A stretch of 64,000 nt of DNA. It comes from a virus. The notes under the pieces are model-generated. The model saw nothing but the letters and a program-made list of their open reading frames with translations, searched no databases and was not told the DNA's origin. Shown piece by piece: positions 37,577 through 47,400 of this stretch; the first letter of the stretch is position 1; the number at the start of each line of letters is the position of its first letter. The DNA is taken from positions 3,427 through 67,426 of the IMG/VR virus record IMGVR_UViG_3300023105_000025, one strand, 5' to 3'. The translations under genes were made by a program, and so were the position numbers.

Positions 37577-38365
37577 ATGACTACAAAAACGTATCCTGGG
37601 TTTGGTTGGGTTTCTGATTATGTTGAAAACATAGTCGGCGCAAATACGTATGTAATAAGCGAAGATTTAAACAATAAAATTTCAACTGTTCTTATAAGAA
37701 GAAACGATCAGGGAGCTTTTGATTGGGGCTATACAATGCCCGCAGTTTATGCAAATACAGTAATAGATTTTTTTAGTGACAATGGCGTAGTTTTAAACGA
37801 CGAATTAATAAACTTTATAAATCAATGGCAAGCAATAAATGAAGTTTGTATAAATCCAAGATTTGGTATTGATGTTTCTAGAAGTTTAAACGGAGATAAT
37901 ACAATATGGATTGGCGGAGTTATTCCATATGCTGCTAATTGGTGGATTCAAGATTATGATTTAGGCGATTTAAATGTTGAAGAAGCGGTAAAAGGTGGAG
38001 TTAAATTAGGTTATAATTTAACAGAAGAAAGATTTGTAACTCTAAAACTTTATTCTAGATTTAGACTCGCGTGGGGTGACGATTCTGCAGCAACGAATTA
38101 TGTATACTCAATAGATGCAGACAACAATTGTACCCTTATAACAACACAGGGGTGCAAACACTATCCGTCAACAACAGACGTGGTTAGTGTTACCCAAAGA
38201 TGGGAAGATATTTTACCGAGTATAAACACATTGCAAGCTAAATACGAGGCTTATGATTGGTGCCGCGGCACGGCAATTAAATTTAACGAGCGAGTACAAA
38301 CCGGAGAAGGTGCTCAAAATCAAGGTTACTTTTATCTTTCGGTAATGAAAAACCGCGACGCATAG
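37577..38365 (+). CDS. Hypothetical protein
   Basis: Long open frame; ATG 37577 follows AAGGA. No recognisable motif. Confidence 0.65.
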   Translation: MTTKTYPGFGWVSDYVENIVGANTYVISEDLNNKISTVLIRRNDQGAFDWGYTMPAVYANTVIDFFSDNGVVLNDELINFINQWQAINEVCINPRFGIDVSRSLNGDNTIWIGGVIPYAANWWIQDYDLGDLNVEEAVKGGVKLGYNLTEERFVTLKLYSRFRLAWGDDSAATNYVYSIDADNNCTLITTQGCKHYPSTTDVVSVTQRWEDILPSINTLQAKYEAYDWCRGTAIKFNERVQTGEGAQNQGYFYLSVMKNRDA

Positions 38366-38379
38366 GCACGCGTATTCAT

Positions 38380-38387
38380 TATAAATA
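38380..38387 (+). promoter_or_regulatory. T4-type late promoter for the giant repeat protein
   Basis: Exact intergenic TATAAATA upstream of ATG 38419. Confidence 0.85.
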
Positions 38388-38418
38388 AAAGTAAAATATT
38401 AAAAAAGGATAGTTTAGA

Positions 38419-41400
38419 ATGTCAAAGATTTCAGAATTAGGTCCTATATTAGGGATTAATACGCGATCTGAAGACCTATTCGTTATTGTAAACCTTATTC
38501 AAGGTGATGATGGTACAAAGAACATTACAAGAAAAGAACTCGTTGAAGCTATTCAATATGAAGTTTTCTCACACATTGAAATTACGGGTGGAACTATCCG
38601 AAATGTTCAAATGTTCACTTCCGAACTTAGCAATGTTACCATTAACGACTCAGTTATTAATAGAAATACGATCAATGATTCAACGCTAAATAATTCTCAA
38701 ATTTACGTTGCAAATGCTGAGGACGTCACTGGGCTTCGTTTTGACCTAAGCAATTCATCAATTCACTATTCAGATATAGATAATACAACATTTACAGATG
38801 GATCAATATTTGATTCAACAGCTAACAATGTTACCATTACAAGTTCATATTTCCTAGATGGAAACATGGCTCGCAGCTCAGGTAATAATATGACATTTGT
38901 CGACTCAACAATCGACAACTCTATTATTACTGCATCAGAATTTAATGATGGCACAGCTAATAACGTCGTAATTCGTAATTCTACATTTACCAATGGAGAC
39001 ATGTACAACTCCACCGGTAATAATATGGTATTTACCAACTCAACTATTGACGATTCAACTTTCAATAATATGACTATTGAAGGTGCTGTAGCTAATAACT
39101 TTACAATTACCAATCTAAATCTTGACGAAGTTGTTATGACTGACGTCGAAATTAGCCGTGGTACAATCGACAGTGTTGATATTGCTAATGCTACATTTAT
39201 CGGTGGCTTAACAGATGTTACTATTGCTAACGCACAGATTACCGACTCTGATTTCTCAAATGGTACTGGTAATAATGTAACATTTACTAACTTGGTAGAC
39301 TCGACAATTCTTAGATCTGATTTCTCAGATGGAACTGGCTCAAATAACGTATTTACGGATACAACAATTGAAGCTGGCGTATTTAGAGATGGCGTTATTG
39401 CTAACACGACATTCCAAGGTGGATTAAACGATGTTACTATTGACGACGCAACAATCACAGACTCTAATCAAGCAAACAGCAACCTTACAGACTCGACATT
39501 TAGAGATGGTACAATTGAAGATACCATTATTAAAAATTCTAAATTTGACGGTGCAATTGAAAGAGTTGAAATTGCTAACAGTGTTATTATCGATTCACAA
39601 CTTATTAATTTCGATGTAAGCCTAGATCCTAAATTTGAGCCTATGATGGATGACGAATCTTATTTCGTCATAAGAAATGCTTTAACAGGTAAAACAGAAC
39701 AGCTTACATACAAGCAACTTAACGACGAGCTTGGTAAAACAACCGAAAAAGCTCTTAAAGTTCACGTAGCAGTTGATGGCGATGATAATAATCCAGGTTC
39801 AATTTTAAAACCTGTACGTACTCTTGCTAGAGCTTCCGAACTTGCTATTGAAAAAGCCGGTGGTAATCCAAACCGTAATGACATTAACAACGCCATTCAT
39901 ATTTCAGTTGGACCAGGTACTTATTATGTAGATGAACCAATTGTTCTTCCAGATGATTGTGCTCTTACATCAACAGCTGGTCAGTACGCAACAGTTATTC
40001 AAAAGAAACCAGGTTGGGAACGAACCAATGGTATCCAGGTTGGATCCGGCTGTTATGTTCAAGGCTTTGGTTATATGAACTTTGAAGTCGATAACTTTGA
40101 CAATCCTGAAGGTGGATTTGCAATCGTCTATCGTCCAGGCGCTCTATTACGTCGTTCTCCATATATTCGTGACTCCTCTCAGCTTTCAAACTTTAATCGT
40201 TTGGATGTTGAACCACCACTCAATCCGTTTAACTCAAAAGGTACAATTGCAGACCTTGGCCAAGAATTCTATCTTGAAGCTGGCCACTCTCCAGAAAACC
40301 AGTTTGAAGTAGATGATGAAGTTACATTCTCAAGTGGTGCATCAGGATACATTTCTTGGACAACTGATATTAATTCAAATCGTCAGATTTATGTTCGTAA
40401 CTTAAAAGGTAACGTAGAAGTTGGTGATACATTATATGCACAAACAGGCGGTACGGGCGTGATTGAAAGAATTGGTATCGATGACTTCCCGAACAGATTA
40501 GTTGGTCGCGGTGGCGGTTGTGCTCTTATGGATAGAGCCGTCCTAGATACAGACTCACTATATACCTACCTGCTCTGCTTTGGTTTCACACCTCGTACTC
40601 AAAACGGTACTGGATATGTTGCTAAAAACGGTGCTGGTGTTAACGGGATTGGTTCGTTGTCAATCTTTACTCGTCAGGCATTCTTTGCTCTTAATGGTGG
40701 ACAGGTTACATTGAACAACTCAGGTTCTCAGTTTGGTGACATCTCAATGAGAGCTAAAGGCAAAACAACCATTGTAAAACCAGCAGTAGGTACTGAAAGC
40801 GTATTCATTGCTAACTCAGCATTTGGTGATTTGATAGAAGAAAAATCTGATGATATCGTTAACGATATGATTGCTCACCTAACAGCCAATACTGCAAGTG
40901 GTGGCTTGGGTTATCAAGGTTATAATGCAGATAAATGCTTTAGAGATACCGGAATTATTGTGGATAATGTTGGCTACGACGTTGCAACAAACTCTAACTA
41001 TTGGGGTCGTCTAAACGGTATTACATATCGTTCACCAATCTCATATGTAGTTGTTAATGAGCAGTTAACAGAAACAGTTGGTTCAATCGAACACTTAAAA
41101 GACGAAATGATCGATGGCATTTTTGTTAATGCTAATACACAAATACAAGATCGCATCTCAACTTCATTAGATGAAACACTAAATGTTCTTCAAAATGGAG
41201 AGCCTCTTGCAAATCCAATTACTTTTGCTGACACTGGCGTTGGAACTCGTACTGGTGCTCGTGAAGTAGTTCAAGACAATAGAGAATTTATTATTGAAGA
41301 ATTTATGGATTGGATGGATAATAATCCAGACTTCTTTGCATATGATTCTGATAAATGTAAGAGAGATGTTCGCGAGTACATCTTGCCAGCAGTTAAATAC

Positions 41401-44400
41401 GACACAATGCTGGATACAAACTATAACTCAATAACAGCAGGGTATGCTTATTATTTCAATGCTACAAGAAACGTAGCCGGTGCTCAGCGTGACGAAACAG
41501 TAGCAGCATATCAAAGATTGCGTGATACTACTGATGACTTAGTACAAGCAAACTCGGCAGCATTTGCTGCAGAAGCATATTATAAATTTAATAACGTTAT
41601 TGATATTCTTAAACAATCAGGAACAAGATACGATCCAACAGACGCTTCATATGACCCAGCAACTGGCGATTTCACAGTCACAATTGGAACTCACGGTCTT
41701 GAGGTTGGAAACTATATCCTGTTAATGCCTGAAGGATTTACATTCACTTGTGATACAGATGGTAATAAATTAGAATTTAAACATCCACGTAAATCTGACC
41801 CAGCATTTAAATCAGCAATGCCAATTACGGCAAAGACAGCCACGACAATTACAGTTAATGTTGGCTCAACCGGCTATACTGGAGTTCATACATTCGTCGA
41901 TGCACTAGATGGTTCGGTCATAGAAATGGGCGAAACATATACATTTAGTGATGATGCTGGAATTACAGCAGCTAATAGAAATGCACGCAAACAACTACAG
42001 TCAAATAAAGGCTTTATCCAAGACTATATGATGGATTGGGCTGATGATGAGTGGTTCTTCTACGACAGCAAAAAATGTCAGCGTGACACAAATGCTTATA
42101 TTGTACCAGCAGTATTAAGAGATATGCAATTAGGTACAAACTTTAACTCAGTTCAAAACGGTATTGCTTATCGTCAAGCCATTACATCAGTTGTTCCAGA
42201 TTCACAACTGTCAGAAACAGTCGGTGCCTTCTCTCACCTAAGAGATGAAATTTCCGAAACTTTAACTGATAATATTGCAATTGCTAAAACTGAAGAAGCA
42301 TTTAACGAAATTATTGGAATTATGCAAAAAGATGGTAGGGAATATACTCCTACTAATGCAACATATAATCCAACTACCGGCGAGTCAGTAATTACAATTG
42401 AAAATCACGAATTTGAAATTGGTGACATGATTACCCTTGCGAAGGAAGGTTTAACTTTCTATTGTGCAAATACTGCCACAGGCGCGAACACAAGTATTTC
42501 ACATCCAAGAGCAACAGATCCAGCGTATCAGAGCCCATTACAAATCACAGCGGCCACAGATACTACTATTACGGTTTATGTTGGTGATGCAAATGGATAT
42601 ACTGGAGCCCATACATTCCAAAGAGCTAAACTAAATGCTGTTAAACAATATGCAAATGTTAAATCATCTCATACACCAACCACAGCAACTTATAACCCAA
42701 CAACTGGTATCATGGTTGCAACAATTGGCGATCACAATATTCAGCCGGGTGATACAATTGTTATGGATAAAGAAAGCATCACATTTAGCTGTGCGAACAC
42801 AGATACTTTAGTCGTAACAAATATTTCGCATCCAAGAGTTACAGATCCAGCATTTAACTCACTAACACAAGTCACAAGTGTAACTGCTAATACAATTACA
42901 ATTGACGTTGGTGCTGTTCCTAATGGTTATGCAGGAGCCCATACTTTTGTAAGCGCATCGTCAAATGCAATTAAAACTATTTCTTTCGCAAATGGTAGAT
43001 TTACACCGTCAACAGCAACATATGATCCAATAACTGGTATCTTCACTGCTACAATCGGCGAGCATAATTTGGTCGTTGGAGATAAAATTAAAATCGCAGA
43101 TGAAAGTATTACATTCTCTTGCGGATCTCCAGCTGAGGAAATTTCACATCCAAGACCAACAGACCCAGCTTCAGGTGCAGAGTTGGTAATTTCAGCTGTA
43201 ACTGACAATACAATTACAGTTAATGTTGGTAATGCTGGAACATATACTGGTGCTCATACATTCGTAAGTGCACAGCCATTTGCCATCACATTAGCAACAC
43301 CTTATAATGGAAAATATACTCCATCTAACGCTACTTACGATCCACAAACTGGTGACATGACAGTTGATATTGGACAGCACAACCTAAGAGTTGGTAAATG
43401 GATTTCAATAGCAGATGAGAGCATTACATTCTCTTGCGCAAATGGAGCAATTAACTCAGAGCTTTCACATCCAAGAGTTAATGAACCAGCGTTTAGACAA
43501 CCAGTTAGAATTACTGGCGTAACAGGCACAGCAATTACATTTAATGTTGGTAATGCTGGCGGCTACGCAAATACTCACACATTCGTAAGTGCGGAAACAG
43601 ATTGTATTGACACAAATGCAATTTATTGGACTGACGCGGCTAAAATTGATTCGTTCCATACTCCATCCACAGCAACCTATAACCCAGCAACTGGTGTTAT
43701 GGAATTAACTATGGGTGCAGATCATGGATTTACAACAGATGACCATATCGAATTTAAGCCAAACTCAATCACATTTAGTTGTGCTAATACATCAACTGGT
43801 CAAACTATTGAAATATCACACCCAAGAATTGGCGAGCCTAACTACCAAAAACCGCTTGCAATTTCAGCAGTAACATCCACAACAATTACTGTAAATCCTG
43901 GTGCGGTACCAAATGGATATGCTGGTGCTCATACATTCGTATCAGCTGAAGAAGGCTCAGTTATTAAAACCAGAACAACTCGTGATGGATTAAATGCAGC
44001 AGAGCAACTTAAAAATAACAAAGTATTCTTGCAGGATGAAGTAGATGCTTGGATCCGCGATAACTATTTTGTTTACAATGACGAAAAATGCTTCAGAGAT
44101 ACGGGCCTTATTCTTGACTCCGTACGTAGAGACTTTGCAACAGACTCTAACGTCAACTCTGTATTCGCTGGCTTAGCATATCGCTCAGGTAATGCATCCA
44201 CAAACACAGTAATTACTGAACAGCTAACAGAAACTGTTGGCGCAATTGCTTGGCTAAGAGATGAAATTAGAGGAAACATCTTAAGTGGAACTGCTGAAAA
44301 TAGAGCAAACACAGCATTTAATGAAATCATTGATATTATGCAAAATGATATTGCTGCAGCTGACACTAGAACGTTTGGCGGAGGATATGTTTCAGATGAA

Positions 44401-47400
44401 GCATATGAAGCAAAAGCAATACTACAAGCTAACAAACAATTTATTATTGACGAAACAACAGCATGGATTGCAAATAACCATCCTGATTTAACCTACGACT
44501 CTGCAAAATGCGAAAGAGACGTTGGTTACTTTATCGACTCAGTATCTTGGGATATTCAGCATGGTTCTAACGCTTCAACTGTTAATAATTCAAGACTATA
44601 TTTTGACAATGCTGTTTCAGTATTAGGTAAAAATGAAAGAGCACCAACAGCAGAAGCATTTGAGCATATCTCAAATATTGCTGGACAAATTGTAAGAAAC
44701 GAATTAGTATTTGATTTACAACAAGGTGCTTCTACTCAAACACGTGCTGATAATACAACTTATACACCAACAAATGCAACATATGATCCAACAACTGGTA
44801 TCATGGTCGCAACAATTGGAACACACAGCTATGTTCCTGGTGATAGAATTAGCATTGCTGAAGAATCCATTACATTCTCTTGCGCAAACGGAGCGGTTGT
44901 AACAAACATCTCGCACCCACGCTCAACAGATCCAGCATTTAATGTGCCAATTACAATTACGGACACGACATCAACTACAATTACAGTTGACGTTGGCGCA
45001 ATTCCAAATGGATACGCAAATAACCATACATTTGTAAGTGCAACTGCAAATGCTATTAAATCAGCAACAGTTCAACCAACTTATACTCCAACAAATGCTA
45101 CATACGATCCAGTAACTGGTATCTTTACTGCTACAATTGGAACGCACAGATTGGAAAAAGGCGATTACATCATTATGGATGAAGAAGCCATTACATTCTC
45201 TTGTGCAAACACAGCAACTGGAGCTATTACTCAGATTTCGCATCCAAGAGCAACAGATCCATATTTTAATAGACCAGTAGAAATTCTTGAAGCAGATGAT
45301 ACAACCATCACAATGAATGTTGGCGCAGCTCCTAATGGTTACGCTGGAGTTCATTACTTCGAAGGTTCAAACGCTGACGCTATTCGCAAATCTGCACCTC
45401 CAGCAATTGCTGATAAAGTTAATGATCTATTTAAAATTGTTGCTGATATGGTTCGCGGAAATGACTTTAGCGAATTACCAACAATAGTGGAACCTACATT
45501 AACTGGTACAGGTTACAATTCTGCAATCAATGCTCAATTTAACAAAGTATGGGGAAACACTCCTAAGTATCAAGAGGAAATTATCCAATTTATCAGAGAA
45601 GAGTATAATGGCTTAGCTTATGACACAGATCTTTGCTACCGTGATGTTGGACTAATAGTTGATGCTATCAGAGAAGATTTGGAATATGGTGGCGACGCTG
45701 CAACTATAGATGCTGCAGGTTATTATTTCAAGAACGCAGTTAGTATTCTTCCATATGACCAAAGAGAACCTACTAGATTGGCGTTTGAGCACTTAGCTAC
45801 TGTTGCTGAAAGTGTTATCACAGAAACTACTGTAACACCAACAACAGGTAATAGCACAGCTCAGAATACATCTGGTACAGCTGGCACATCTACCATTGCG
45901 GCAACTGCAAAAGATCTAATTAATGTAATCTCTGGATTAATTGATGATAATATTGTAATTCCTGATTATGCAGGATCTTTAGATATTACTCAAAAAGTTA
46001 ATGCAAGATTGGATGAAAAATTCCCAGTAGCAAATACTGCAACTCTTCCATTGGTTGAGCCAAGCAGAACCTTTGCTCGTAAAGCACTACAGAAAAACAA
46101 AGACTTTATACAAGACGAAGTTGTTGCTTATATCAACAACAGATACTTCGTTTATGATGAAGATAAATGTGCAAGAGACACTGGATACATTCTTGATGCC
46201 GTAGCATACGACGTCGCAACCGGTGGAGATTACTACGGTAAATTTGCAGGTAAAGTCTATCGCGCTGGAACGACAAGCTTAAGCAAAGTTATTGATGAAC
46301 AATTAGCTGAAACAGTTCAAGCAATTGAATACCTACAAGCAGACATCGAAGGTCGTTTAACAGGCACAGCTAAAACTAGAGCTACTGCTTCTTTCAATGC
46401 AATTAAAGATGCAATGATTTACGATTATGATCCAGAAACTGAAGCATACAACTTTGGAACTGCTTATCAAAACATAAGTGCTACAAACTGTAAAGATGCT
46501 CTTCAAGCAAACAAAGCATTCTTACAGGCTGAAGCAACTGCATGGATGACTGATAACTATGGTTCAATCGTTTACGATGTAGATAAATGTGAAAGAGATG
46601 TTGGATATATGGTTGACGCGGTTTGCGCGGCTGTAATGCACAACTCAAATGCATCAATGAGAGATGTTGCAAGAGTATACTTTGAAAATGGCCTATCAAC
46701 ATTGCCATCAGATCAAAGAGCTGTAACTGCAGAGTTATATGAACGTTTAGGCGCAATGTCAACACAAATTGCTCTAAAACAACCAGTTACTAAATCTGCA
46801 AGCAACGCTGCGAGCCAAGTAACAACTGGATTTAATACAGGGTTTGCAACACAAGCCAACTCATTAACAGATTTCTGGACGATTGTTGCTGATATCATTA
46901 CTGATGATTCTCTAATCAACCTACCAGCAGTTACAAGACCAGGAAACTCAGCTGGAATAAATTACGATTATAATAACGAGCGTGATGCTATTAGATTGAG
47001 AACAACTTACTTAGCAGCTAACATTAACGAATATCTACAGAAAACGTTTAATTATCTTGAGTACGATCAAGTTAAATGTCGCAGAGATGTTGGTTATATG
47101 GTTGATGCAATATCTCACGATATTCAGTACGGTGGTAACTCCGCAATGTGGAATGCTGCTCAGATCTACTTCGTGAATGCTGTTAACCTATTACCTAAAG
47201 ATCAAAGAGAGCCAACAAGAGCTGCATTTACTCATATGGCTGAAGTAATGCACGATGTTATTCGTAACAAAACAGTTCCATACAGAATTGGCAAAACATT
47301 TACAGCTGCAAACGCAACCTATGATGTAGACTCAGGGGAATCAGTAATTACTCTTGGAAATCACAAATTAAAAGTCGGTGATTATATCTTATTAGAAAAA

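Noticed and set aside
38766-39458. 230-aa antisense ORF inside the giant gene, and similar antisense ORFs elsewhere
   Set aside because: Explained by codon bias of the Thr/Asn/Asp-rich sense strand; no promoter, RBS or motif.
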